Shown: piece after piece, positions 55,164-64,000 of the stretch | Layout of the letters: each line of letters opens with the position of its first letter | How positions within the stretch are numbered: the stretch's first letter is position 1 | DNA from: Candidatus Omnitrophota bacterium | GTDB taxonomy: Bacteria > Omnitrophota > Gorgyraeia > Zapsychrales > Fredricksoniimonadaceae | NCBI GenBank assembly: GCA_903860135.1 | Contig: CAIOPG010000009.1 | Location: 111,805 to 175,804, forward strand | DNA length: 64,000 nt | Direction of reading: 5' to 3' | The notes under the pieces: model-generated | Seen by the model: the letters and a program-made list of their open reading frames with translations, nothing else | Databases searched by the model: none | Told to the model about the DNA's origin: nothing | Translations under genes and position numbers: made by a program

Positions 55164-57086
55164 TCAGACGCCCTGGGCAGGCGGTACGTCGACCACCGCC
55201 ACCGGCATGCCAAGGATCAAACGCGCCTCATCAATATCGATCACTTCTTTTTCGATCAGATGATTGGCAATAATATCCAGTTTGGCGCGATACGCTGTAA
55301 TAAGATTCTTGGCGCGTTGATACGCCGCATCAACGAGCTTTTGCACCTCATCGTCGATCTGCTGGGCCGTTGATGCCCCATAATCCTTTTCTTCAAAGAT
55401 ATCCCGCCCCAGGAAAGCCGGATGGGTACTGCGCCCGTAAGCCCGTTTGCCCAGCGCATCATTCATCCCGAAAGAACAAACCATACTGCGCGCCAGCGAA
55501 GAAACCTTTTCAAGGTCGTTGGATACCCCTGTTGTCGAATCATTCATAAACGTCTGCTCACCCACAAGACCGCCCAGCAATACGGTCATCTGTCCGAACA
55601 GTTCTTTCTTGGTGTAATAATGCTTGTCTTCCGTCGGAGGAGTAAGCGTATAGCCGCCGGCCATCCCGCGCGGGATGATCGAAACCTTGGAAAATGTATC
55701 TACCTCATCAATGAGAAGGCTGAGCATGGCATGTCCTGCCTCATGGTAAGCGGTCATCTCTTTCTCTTTGCGGGAGGTAGTATGGGACTTTTTCTCGGGC
55801 CCCAGGGTCACGCGTTCCACTGCAGCGAGGAATTCGGCAATACCCACTGTCTCTCTATTCCGACGCGCCGCCAGCAGGGCCGCTTCATTACAAACATTGG
55901 CCAGGTCAGCCCCCGAGAAATAAACGGTCTGCCGGGCAATGCGGCGCAAATCCACATCAGGATCTGTCTTGATATTGCGGGAATGGACCTTCAGGATACC
56001 TTCACGCCCGTTGATGTCAGGCAATCCGACAACAACACGACGGTCAAACCGGCCAGGCCGTAAAAGCGCCGGATCGAGTGTGTCCGGGCGATTGGTGGCC
56101 GCCATGACAATAAGGCCGCTGGGCGCATTAAAACCGTCCATCTCGACCAGGAGCGCATTCAAGGTCTGCTCGCGCTCGTCGTTGCCACCGCCGATGCCCG
56201 CAAAACGCTGGCGGCCGACAGCATCAATTTCATCAATAAAAATAATACAGCCCTTGCCTAAGACACGCGATGCCTTGCGCGCCTGCTCAAAGAGGTCGCG
56301 CACGCGTGAAGCGCCAACGCCCACGAACATTTCAACAAAGTCAGATCCGCTCAGCGAAAAGAACGGCACATCAGCCTCACCGGCGACGGCCTTGGCCAAC
56401 AGCGTTTTGCCTGTTCCTGGCGGTCCTACCAAAAGCACCCCTTTGGGGATTTTCCCCCCCAGGCGTTCGAATTTCTTGGGCTCTTTCAGGAATTCAATGA
56501 TCTCCTGGAGTTCTTCTTTGGCCTCATCGACACCGGCAACATCAGCAAAAGTTATTTTGTTCTGCCCCTTTTCCGTCACCTTGGCGCGGGATTTCCCGAA
56601 AGACCATATCTTGTTGCCCATCTCCGCTCCGCGGCGGCCGACGAACCATATAAAGAAAATGATCAAGAAGACAGGGACAAATGAAAAGAACGCCTGGCTC
56701 CAGAATGTTTCCAGCGGCTGGACGGACAAGTCGGAAATATTTTCACGCATCGCCGCAAGGAGATCCTTATCATCCGCCGGAATATTGAGACGGAACTCGG
56801 AATTATCCTTGAACGTACCCCGGACAACATTTTCAGGTCCTTCCGAAAGCGTGGCCTTCCTGATCGTGCGTGTTTCTTTATTCAACTTCACCATCTCGTA
56901 AAACTGGCTGTACGAAACTTTGGACGCCGGTTTCCCGCTGGTGGTCGACTGATTGGCAATGATGAGAAAAATGGCGGCGATAATGAGCCAGAAAAGCCAA
57001 ACGCCACTGCCATCTTTATTATTGGTTGGCCGGGGAAGCTTGGGACCGGGAGATTTTTTGGGTGTTGCTGACTTCTGAACTGCCAT
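55164..57086 (-). CDS. ftsH: ATP-dependent zinc metalloprotease FtsH
   Basis: N-terminal TM helices, [23 protein letters not shown], an SRH region and the HEAGHA zinc site. Confidence 0.9.
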   Translation of the reverse strand: MAVQKSATPKKSPGPKLPRPTNNKDGSGVWLFWLIIAAIFLIIANQSTTSGKPASKVSYSQFYEMVKLNKETRTIRKATLSEGPENVVRGTFKDNSEFRLNIPADDKDLLAAMRENISDLSVQPLETFWSQAFFSFVPVFLIIFFIWFVGRRGAEMGNKIWSFGKSRAKVTEKGQNKITFADVAGVDEAKEELQEIIEFLKEPKKFERLGGKIPKGVLLVGPPGTGKTLLAKAVAGEADVPFFSLSGSDFVEMFVGVGASRVRDLFEQARKASRVLGKGCIIFIDEIDAVGRQRFAGIGGGNDEREQTLNALLVEMDGFNAPSGLIVMAATNRPDTLDPALLRPGRFDRRVVVGLPDINGREGILKVHSRNIKTDPDVDLRRIARQTVYFSGADLANVCNEAALLAARRNRETVGIAEFLAAVERVTLGPEKKSHTTSRKEKEMTAYHEAGHAMLSLLIDEVDTFSKVSIIPRGMAGGYTLTPPTEDKHYYTKKELFGQMTVLLGGLVGEQTFMNDSTTGVSNDLEKVSSLARSMVCSFGMNDALGKRAYGRSTHPAFLGRDIFEEKDYGASTAQQIDDEVQKLVDAAYQRAKNLITAYRAKLDIIANHLIEKEVIDIDEARLILGMPVAVVDVPPAQGV

Positions 57087-57140
57087 AGCGCGACTCCTGA
57101 TAAATTTTTTAAATTATTTTATACATTTTAATGGTTAAGC

Positions 57141-58157
57141 TCAAGAAAGAGTTATAAATTTATCCGTCACCGCCCCGCGCAGTCCCAGGGGCAACGATAA
57201 GACTGTTTTCACTCCTTCTAATCCGGCACGTTCAAGCACTTCCACATGCTTGCAAGCCAAAGCACCGGCCAAGGCACCGTTCATCCGCGCCACACCTTCA
57301 CGCAACACCATACGGCGCATGGAAGAAGAAAGGGCACACCACGCGGCACGGGTGATCACGGCCTTCGCCGCATACATCCGCATCACCTGTGGCAGGACCT
57401 TTTGAAGTTCATCATCGATAAACTCATGGTCAAGTGCCGCATTGACAGCCAGTTCAGCCAGCTTGTTCTTAATGGCCGGGCTAAACTCCTTAGAAATGTA
57501 CGGGATAAGTTTATGCCTGATCCGGTTACGCAGGAAATCATCGCCGGCATTGGTCGGATCCTCTCTGTACAAAAGACCCTGTTCAGCGATAAATCTTTCA
57601 ACTTCGGCACGCGTCATATCGAGCATCGGACGCACGAACACCGTCCCCGCGATGATCCGCCGCGGCAAGATCGCCCTTAACCCGGACAAGCCTGTGCCGC
57701 GCAACAGGCGCATCAAAACCGTTTCCGCTAGATCATCTTGGGTATGCGCCAGCACCACCGCATCAGCAAAAACTAAACGGGCTTTCCTGACAAAGAAATC
57801 AAACCGCCGCTGACGCGCAAAATCCTCGGTTGAAACTCCCGCCGGCTTTTTCAGTTTATTCCGTTCCCAGACACAATCCAAGGCAAGCCCGGCACATACC
57901 TTACGGACAAACGCACAATCCCTGGCCGATCCCGGGCGCAAGGCATGGTCATAATGTGCCACGGTCAGATGAAGGGCCAGGTCATGCCGCAAAGCATATA
58001 GAAGATGCAACAGCGCCACAGAATCAGCACCGCCGGAAACACCCACCAGAATCTTCGCTCCATGAGGGATCAACCGCTGACGAACCACCATGTCACGCCA
58101 GCGAACAAGGACAACAGCCCCGGGGATGTCGCGCCTTGAAACTTTACCGCTCACCAC
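57141..58157 (-). CDS. tilS: tRNA(Ile)-lysidine synthase
   Basis: ILVGVSGGADSVALLHLL PP-loop. It sits next to ftsH, which is the conserved synteny. Confidence 0.8.
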   Translation of the reverse strand: MVSGKVSRRDIPGAVVLVRWRDMVVRQRLIPHGAKILVGVSGGADSVALLHLLYALRHDLALHLTVAHYDHALRPGSARDCAFVRKVCAGLALDCVWERNKLKKPAGVSTEDFARQRRFDFFVRKARLVFADAVVLAHTQDDLAETVLMRLLRGTGLSGLRAILPRRIIAGTVFVRPMLDMTRAEVERFIAEQGLLYREDPTNAGDDFLRNRIRHKLIPYISKEFSPAIKNKLAELAVNAALDHEFIDDELQKVLPQVMRMYAAKAVITRAAWCALSSSMRRMVLREGVARMNGALAGALACKHVEVLERAGLEGVKTVLSLPLGLRGAVTDKFITLS

Positions 58158-58687
58158 TCCCCCTGCAGGCCACGCATTTCATGCCGGGCTTCCTGATAAG
58201 CTTCACGCAGTTTGTCTGCATATTTCATGTTGGGCGGCGTTAATTTCAATGCCGCGTAACCCGCGCGTACCAGTTCCGCATTTAAAAGTCTTCCGTCAGG
58301 CAAGATCACATACGCCAACAGTGATCCATCATTAGCCCGACGCTGCGTATCAAACTCCAGGTGAACCATGCGTCCTTCGCACAACCCTCGCGTAGAACGG
58401 ATGGCTTCATCCTCGAAAGGGACAACTGGATTATCATCCGAGATAATAAACCCGTGCTCATCGCGCCGGACATCTTTCATGCGCGGCGACCGCGCTCCCT
58501 GAATCCCGATCAGCGTGACTTTATCGCCGTTCTCCATCAAAAGAAAATCAACCGCCAGTGCCCGCTCCACACGGATATCCCGGTATTTTACCGACGATTC
58601 CAATAACGGATTTAAACTTTGCGCTTGCGCCCCAATCGGGATAATCATTGCCGACAACACTAAAAAAAATATAATCTTCTTTATCAC
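58151..58687 (-). CDS. Secreted thermonuclease (SNase-like)
   Basis: Signal peptide MIKKIIFFLVLSAMIIPIGAQA. The SNase fold motifs are VTLIGIQGARSP and DGSLLAYVILPDGRLLNAELVRAGYA. Confidence 0.75.
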   Translation of the reverse strand: MIKKIIFFLVLSAMIIPIGAQAQSLNPLLESSVKYRDIRVERALAVDFLLMENGDKVTLIGIQGARSPRMKDVRRDEHGFIISDDNPVVPFEDEAIRSTRGLCEGRMVHLEFDTQRRANDGSLLAYVILPDGRLLNAELVRAGYAALKLTPPNMKYADKLREAYQEARHEMRGLQGEW

Positions 58688-58726
58688 GTGATGGCCTCTC
58701 TAGATTAGGCTTCATAATACCATAAT

Positions 58727-60187
58727 TTATGGGAAAACTTGAAATATTGAATACTGAGCATTCGTCCAGATGATCCTGAAGCGCTCGGGAACCAATGAAA
58801 TCGATCTAAAAACAATATCCGAAAAATTATTGCCTAAAATAATATATCGGACATTAAACCCTCTGATCCTGTCATCCAAATCATAAGGATTACCATTCAT
58901 AACATAAGTTGATTTCTTCCCGGTCATCAATTTAAAAAGCCTCGGCTTGGCAAACATCACTACCTCATCTGACGCCACATGCTCCCGGACCCAGGCGAAC
59001 ATTTCCTGATTTTCCCGATAGAACAATACATCATCATTAAAATTATAGTTAAGCGCGATATCGAAACAATTCAGGGATAAAACCACCGCAAAAACAATAT
59101 TGGCCAAAAGCATCCGTTGCCCGAACAATCGATTCGAAATAGTTTTAATAAAATGGAAAGAATAGAATATCGCAAAGACATAAACCGGCAAAAGCACCCG
59201 CGCAAAAGCAGCCGGCGGTTGAGGGAAGAAAGCCCATGTATACACCAAAGCTAAATACACGGCCAAGAACAATCCCGTGAATGAAATGGATCGAGCCGCT
59301 ATTTTCCTGATAAGAAAGATAATCACAATGAACGGAAGCAAATAACCGGCAACATTCAATCCACCTGCTAAATAATGATTAAAGGTGAATGTCATCACCG
59401 TATGCTCCGGCACAAAGACCCATAACAAAGCTTTCAGGGTCAATGGCGCCTGATGCACAACCTGTTTAACAGTAACCCATGGATCCTGGGATATTTGATG
59501 CCAGTAGCCTGCGGCTGTTCCTAACAATAGATGTTGAACAACAGTTGTTACGGCAAGAACAATGCCAATGAAAAAAGCCTTCCTGTTCTCTTTCCTCAAT
59601 AATAGATGAGCCACGGCGGCAACAAATAGTGCTAATCCCGCCGATCTCGCCAGATAAGCAAGGACAGCGAAACCTGTGAAAAGATAAAAATATTTATCCC
59701 TGTGATCTTTCTGAAAATACTCATAAAAAATAACCGCGTATAAAACCAATCCCGTAAATAGAATATCTGATAAAACATTTTGTTTGAAAATAAAGAAAAA
59801 AGAAGACCACGCGAGCAAGACCATATATCTAAAAACATGTTCATCCTTCTTCAACGTAAAGAAAATATACGTCCCCGCGACAATGGCGCCCCAGAACAAA
59901 ACATTGATCGCTTTTAAAATAACAAAATTCATGCCGAAGAAATACAGCAGAGGGCTCAATATCAAAGGATAGAGCGGCGGCCAGATAACATTATAATCAA
60001 CAAGAATGCCATCAATGATGCCGGCTGTATAATGCCGGCCGGATATCAAATTCTGGGCATGAAGTATATACATGGCAAAATCATCACCCCAGTTATGCCC
60101 GTTCTTCAAGGTTAAAAGATTGATAAGGAAAGGCAATGCTATCAGCAAGCACTTGAAGATAAGGTGACGACTGTCCATGTTTTTCAT
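58727..60187 (-). CDS. Polytopic membrane protein, putative GT-C-fold glycosyltransferase
   Basis: 486 aa with 12 or more TM helices and no soluble domain. The call rests on architecture only. Confidence 0.4.
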   Translation of the reverse strand: MKNMDSRHLIFKCLLIALPFLINLLTLKNGHNWGDDFAMYILHAQNLISGRHYTAGIIDGILVDYNVIWPPLYPLILSPLLYFFGMNFVILKAINVLFWGAIVAGTYIFFTLKKDEHVFRYMVLLAWSSFFFIFKQNVLSDILFTGLVLYAVIFYEYFQKDHRDKYFYLFTGFAVLAYLARSAGLALFVAAVAHLLLRKENRKAFFIGIVLAVTTVVQHLLLGTAAGYWHQISQDPWVTVKQVVHQAPLTLKALLWVFVPEHTVMTFTFNHYLAGGLNVAGYLLPFIVIIFLIRKIAARSISFTGLFLAVYLALVYTWAFFPQPPAAFARVLLPVYVFAIFYSFHFIKTISNRLFGQRMLLANIVFAVVLSLNCFDIALNYNFNDDVLFYRENQEMFAWVREHVASDEVVMFAKPRLFKLMTGKKSTYVMNGNPYDLDDRIRGFNVRYIILGNNFSDIVFRSISLVPERFRIIWTNAQYSIFQVFP

Positions 60188-60261
60188 CGATATTTATTAA
60201 ACCCGGATTGTGCCCTGGCCGTCTTTCATCGACGAAACCATTTGCACGAAAATATGCGTTG

Positions 60262-62721
60262 TTATTTCAACTGGCCTTCCCCGATTTCAACATCCAGTCG
60301 ACAAAAAACCAAATAGGCCACTAAGTATATCGCCAGGGCCAAAAATAAGACTGCTTTAAAATCCATAAATTGAGCCAAAATAATGGCCAACATAGAACCT
60401 AGAACACTGAAACCGCAGTTAATGCCCCAAGCCCAAGGGATACCAGCGTTGCCACGCATTTCAATAATCTTAAGACCTTGGGGGAAGAAAATCCCCAAAG
60501 TAAAACCTATCGGTGCCAACAAAGCAACAACCAGTCCCACCCGAGCTGCAAAAGTCCAGCCTACAGCTGTGTTAACAATTGTTGTGCCAATACCAGTCAA
60601 AGTTAAGATCAAGAACATAATTGCCATCACCGCCGCGAGAACAACATTCTTCTTGTTCCCTCCGAAGAGACGCTGTACAAAAGGAAGGCACAGGCTTCCC
60701 ACGCCCGTCCAAAAGAGAAGCGCTGCGAGGACTACTGAAAGTGAACATATTGGCGTCCCTAGAATCAAAACGAACTTTTGCATTAAAGAGATCTCAATGA
60801 ACATATACCCGAACCCAAGACACGCGAAATAGACAATAAATGGAGCTACGATCTTCCCGGGGAATTCCTGAGGATCAATCCTTCGCCAGAGAATTAATGG
60901 GCCCATAATAAAAACAATGATGAAAATCGTCGCTTGGAGCAAAACCAGGAATTGTGTCCAAAAGATCACTGTACCAGTATGGTGAGTCACCTTAGGCTTG
61001 AGTATATCGGACCAATGGAATTTATAATATTTATAAAAGAAAGGATTATCATCCGTAACGACGGAAATGTCGTAAAGGTATTTGTTTACAAATATATTCT
61101 GTTGCCCTTGCTTAAAGAATTCCGCATATGCATCAAAGGCCTTATACAGATCATCGCCGATCTCCTTGTCCCTTTTTGATGGATACAGAAGAACCATCTC
61201 ATGGGAATGCAGAAAACCGATAAGCTTACGAAAATCTTCATCAGTGAAAACCGTCTTCTTAACAATGGTTATGGACCATCCCTTGTTCATGACGATGATA
61301 ACATGTTCCCACGGATTTTTGATACCCATTGTCCGCAAAGCCTCGAGAGCGATCGCCTCCAACCGTAGTGTTTCGCGAGGAGGTCGAAAGAGCCATCGAT
61401 TGAAAACAACGATACCATTATCATTGAGTATATTGAGATAATCTATCATTGCTTCTTTAGTATAAAGAAAGCTTTCGGCGTAGGCATAAGCCCCCGAAAA
61501 AAGCCCTGAGAACGTGTCCACGCCATTAAGAACGATCAAATCGTAATAATTTCTCGGAGCGACCTTAACCACATGGCGACCATCAAACGGCTTAACATTC
61601 GCCCAATCATATAGACGGCCTGAATATTCATACATATCCCCACCAGCAGACATAGCCCGAAAGGTCTCTGTGTTGATCTCCGCCCCGACAATCTCTTTGG
61701 CCCCGTGGGTCTTGGCCATAAAAATATCCCGTCCGCCCCCAGTCCCAATAATGAACACCTTAGGCTCATTTAACAACACATAAGGTGCTTCCATCGGCTG
61801 ACTGAAAAGCGAAATCTTAAAAGGAGCCTCACCTTTTTTAGGATAACGAAAAACGGGCGTCCCTGCTAAAAAGTTTGTCGAAAAATATGAGAACTCTGGC
61901 ATGGGATCGATATTGATTTGGAATGTACCCGCCGCGGTTTGTGCCATATACTGGCGAACATCCGGGTTCTTTATTCTATAAATATCAGTCCTTCCCATGG
62001 GATGCCAGCGGGCTGAAATCCGCTCAAAATCCTGCGCTTTAAAATGGCCGGGAATCCACTCCCATCCTTTGGCAGGATCAACCGTATAATTAACAGGTTC
62101 CGGCAACGCTCTGAACGCTAAAAGAAGCAATAACAAACTCACCCCGATCGCGATCCAACGACGATGCGCGAACAAAATGGCACCACCCAACGCCAAAGAA
62201 GCAAAGGAAAGGACGATCAATGAATGGACAACGGCAAAATGCATTAGAAAGAAGAAAAAGGCAGCAGCACCCATGGCCGCACCTAATAAATCAATAAAAT
62301 ACAAACGATGCGTTTCTTTGGGTAAAGTCGAAAATATATGGACAATCACAAACCCAATGAGCACAAAAGGGAGCATGAACATCGTATACGCCAGGAGCAA
62401 CATGGCCAATGCCTTGGATGTTACAAAAACATTCAACAAATATTCGACCCTGATGGGAAGATAAATAATTGTGTATGTGCTTATTAAAATAACAGCACCC
62501 AAGACAAATAATAGCTTAGCCAGCAACCGCTTGGAAGCATCCGGTGAAAGTTTCTTATTCCAAATTAATTGAATATTAGCACCGATCCCATAACCCAGGA
62601 TGGCAAAAGGAATAACGGTATAAACCACATGATTCCAGGCCTTCAGGTTCAACATCTTCGTCCAGAAAAGCTCCAGAAGGATGCAAAGAAAAGAAACAAA
62701 AAAGACAATAATGTAAGACAT
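60262..62721 (-). CDS. Large polytopic membrane protein with an embedded spermidine-synthase-like (SAM-MTase fold) domain
   Basis: 819 aa. TM bundles flank a ~250-aa soluble domain containing VFIIGTGGGRDIFMAKTHGAKEIVGAEIN...YDLIVLNGVD. Confidence 0.5.
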   Translation of the reverse strand: MSYIIVFFVSFLCILLELFWTKMLNLKAWNHVVYTVIPFAILGYGIGANIQLIWNKKLSPDASKRLLAKLLFVLGAVILISTYTIIYLPIRVEYLLNVFVTSKALAMLLLAYTMFMLPFVLIGFVIVHIFSTLPKETHRLYFIDLLGAAMGAAAFFFFLMHFAVVHSLIVLSFASLALGGAILFAHRRWIAIGVSLLLLLLAFRALPEPVNYTVDPAKGWEWIPGHFKAQDFERISARWHPMGRTDIYRIKNPDVRQYMAQTAAGTFQINIDPMPEFSYFSTNFLAGTPVFRYPKKGEAPFKISLFSQPMEAPYVLLNEPKVFIIGTGGGRDIFMAKTHGAKEIVGAEINTETFRAMSAGGDMYEYSGRLYDWANVKPFDGRHVVKVAPRNYYDLIVLNGVDTFSGLFSGAYAYAESFLYTKEAMIDYLNILNDNGIVVFNRWLFRPPRETLRLEAIALEALRTMGIKNPWEHVIIVMNKGWSITIVKKTVFTDEDFRKLIGFLHSHEMVLLYPSKRDKEIGDDLYKAFDAYAEFFKQGQQNIFVNKYLYDISVVTDDNPFFYKYYKFHWSDILKPKVTHHTGTVIFWTQFLVLLQATIFIIVFIMGPLILWRRIDPQEFPGKIVAPFIVYFACLGFGYMFIEISLMQKFVLILGTPICSLSVVLAALLFWTGVGSLCLPFVQRLFGGNKKNVVLAAVMAIMFLILTLTGIGTTIVNTAVGWTFAARVGLVVALLAPIGFTLGIFFPQGLKIIEMRGNAGIPWAWGINCGFSVLGSMLAIILAQFMDFKAVLFLALAIYLVAYLVFCRLDVEIGEGQLK

Positions 62722-62840
62722 CTACTTCTCCCGATTAAACCCGGTTCATGTCCTGACCGTCTTTCATCGACAATTGAGGATAAAGGCAGCCTAAAACATT
62801 TGATTGTGCGTAAAAGAGGTTTGGGAATAAAAAGAAAAAG

Positions 62841-62915
62841 TGCCGAGGGAGAGACTTGAACTCTCGACCTAGCGGGTATGAACCGCTCGCTCTAAACCAA
62901 CTGAGCTACCTCGGC
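62841..62915 (-). tRNA. tRNA with CAT anticodon (elongator Met or Ile2/lysidine type; not initiator)
   Basis: The minus-strand sequence is GCCGAGGTAGCTCAGTTGGTTTAGAGCGAGCGGTTCATACCCGCTAGGTCGAGAGTTCAAGTCTCTCCCTCGGCA. The 7-bp acceptor stem, anticodon loop TTCATAC and T-arm GAGAG/CTCTC all pair. Confidence 0.8.
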
Positions 62916-62993
62916 AAAATCATTGGGACTAAGCCACGCTACTAAAATGTTGCGGAATTATAGGACAAACCCGCATGAAGTTCAAGCAGGAAA

Positions 62994-63302
62994 TTAATAA
63001 CGTGTAAAGAAAACAATATACAGCAACCCGAGGATGACCAAAAACGCGGCGATATAAACATCGTTGTAAAAAAACAGATCACGCGCGCGCTCCTGGACTG
63101 TATAAGGGAACTTGACTGTTTCCGACGCGACATCACCCGAAGACTTCAACTGCAGGACTTCGTCCCGCTTGAGGCGCAAATACTGCCCGGCAATATGATA
63201 CGCGTGAAGCTTCTTCCCGTCGACAAGCTCCATCAGCTTCCCTTCGGAAACTTTCAGCATCTGCGCCGCCTCGCGCACGGTCACATACGGCCTGTTCATC
63301 AT
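62994..63302 (-). CDS. Excisionase/MerR-type HTH DNA-binding protein with a C-terminal TM anchor
   Basis: YVTVREAAQMLKVSEGKLMELVDGKKLHAYHIAGQYLRLKRDEV (HTH_17-like) plus the terminal hydrophobic helix VYIAAFLVILGLLYIVFF. Its ATG overlaps the bactofilin stop (ATGA). Confidence 0.65.
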   Translation of the reverse strand: MMNRPYVTVREAAQMLKVSEGKLMELVDGKKLHAYHIAGQYLRLKRDEVLQLKSSGDVASETVKFPYTVQERARDLFFYNDVYIAAFLVILGLLYIVFFTRY

Positions 63303-63844
63303 TTGCTAGTCCCTGCCGCCGCCCACTGGTCTATCTGGGCGCGTTCAAACTTGTAAACATCGCCTTCCATAACAACAGGGATCTTCCCCGCCCTGACAAG
63401 TTCAAGGATAACACCTTCCTCGATCTCAAGATATGCCGACAAACCCTTCAGATCGAACAACTCTGCCGCAGGTGCCGCTTCTTCCGCGGTCATGTGGCAA
63501 TGACCCTGAAAGATGGCCCCTTCGACCACATTGAGCTTCGGGGCATGGATATCACCGATCAATACCGCCGTCGGCATGAGCGTCAGAAGGCGCGTGGCAT
63601 TGACCGTGCCTTTCACCTTGCCGGCGATCACAATATTATCACCTGTTATGTCCGCCTCCACATCCGCACAGGTACCAACCGTCAGGGCTCCCTTCACATC
63701 CAGACTTCCCCTGAAATGACCGTTGATCCTTAGATCAACAGGCTCCTGAAAAGAAAGCGACCCATTCATCTGCGCATTGAGTTCTATCACATTAAGCGCA
63801 CCTGGCTCAGATAGCTTAACCGGTTTCTTGTCACCAAAAGCCAT
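63299..63844 (-). CDS. Bactofilin (DUF583 beta-helical cytoskeletal polymer) fused to a C-terminal excisionase-type HTH domain
   Basis: A repetitive beta-helix (DLRINGHFRGSLDVKGALTVGTCADVEADITGDNIVIAGKVKGTV...) is followed by LSAYLEIEEGVILELVRAGKIPVVMEGDVYKFERAQIDQW. An AAGGAG RBS precedes it. Confidence 0.7.
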   Translation of the reverse strand: MAFGDKKPVKLSEPGALNVIELNAQMNGSLSFQEPVDLRINGHFRGSLDVKGALTVGTCADVEADITGDNIVIAGKVKGTVNATRLLTLMPTAVLIGDIHAPKLNVVEGAIFQGHCHMTAEEAAPAAELFDLKGLSAYLEIEEGVILELVRAGKIPVVMEGDVYKFERAQIDQWAAAGTSK

Positions 63845-64000
63845 ATAAACTCCTTGTTATGCCCTACGGATACATTTTCAAATCACTATATGTTGATCAG
63901 GTTAACAAAAGAAAGCCTTCCCGTCAACGCGAAGCGTGGATGTGCGCCAGACCCGCTACCATGGCCGCATTGTCCATGCACAACGACAAAGGCGGAAAAC

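Noticed and set aside
1-64000. CRISPR arrays, IS elements, transposases, integrases, phage genes
   Set aside because: No direct-repeat/spacer periodicity was seen. There are no DDE/tyrosine-recombinase-like ORFs. The only repeats are short operator-like motifs and the in-gene coiled-coil repeat of the Wzt-like protein.
63845-64000. Possible sigma-70 promoter (TTGTTA ... TATAGT) upstream of the bactofilin gene
   Set aside because: The spacing between the candidate -35 and -10 hexamers is ~12 nt, not 16-18. It is not supportable from sequence alone.

Overview
This 64 kb window is a gene-dense bacterial chromosomal segment, almost all on the minus strand. Its phylum cannot be determined from sequence alone. 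There are five blocks.

(1) 1-8856: an envelope-spanning export/efflux operon. It encodes a TolC-like outer-membrane factor and three different HlyD-type periplasmic adaptors: a plain one, one with an N-terminal cytoplasmic GAF-like domain, and one fused to an M50/site-2-protease membrane metalloprotease domain. The last of these is translationally coupled (TGATG) to a SecA-family ATPase gene. That secA gene shows an apparent 1-nt frame disruption near position 380 and runs off the left edge. No ABC, RND or MFS inner-membrane pump is present in the operon.

(2) 9.2-17.7 kb: a membrane-anchored hexapeptide-repeat protein, an AAA-type ATPase sitting behind a GTTATA/TATAAC palindromic operator-like region, a DUF2339-like giant membrane protein, and an alpha/beta-hydrolase co-transcribed with a tri-domain LplT-PlsC-Aas lysophospholipid transport/re-acylation fusion.

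(3) 18.2-45 kb: a 27 kb glycan biosynthesis/export island that looks lower in GC than its flanks (by eye). It holds a WecA-like initiating transferase, two GT4 and two GT2 enzymes, a DPM1-like polyprenyl-phosphate sugar synthase, a UGM-like flavoenzyme, Wzm/Wzt ABC exporter genes, an O-antigen-ligase-like gene and GT-C paralogues. It is heavily decorated with modification enzymes: four B12-binding radical-SAM proteins, two SPASM-type radical-SAM domains (one fused to a B12-rSAM as a 911-aa protein, mirroring a separate gene pair elsewhere in the cluster), a carbamoyltransferase, an AsnB-type amidotransferase, and an unusual PP-loop ATPase fused to a cysteine desulfurase. The island ends at a DUF134/NifX-like pair, tRNA-Tyr, tRNA-Thr and an inverted 16-nt tRNA-3'-end fragment.

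(4) 46.3-58.7 kb: housekeeping genes. These are recN, a probably PPi-dependent phosphofructokinase, DUF2079 and PMT-like membrane glycosyltransferases, acpS, pdxJ, cdaA followed by a 32-aa TM micro-ORF, folP, ftsH, tilS and a secreted SNase-like nuclease.

(5) 58.7-64 kb: two more large polytopic membrane proteins (one with an embedded spermidine-synthase-like domain), a tRNA-Met(CAT), and a bactofilin fused to an excisionase-type HTH domain followed by a second membrane-anchored HTH protein.

No CRISPR array, transposase or integrase was seen.
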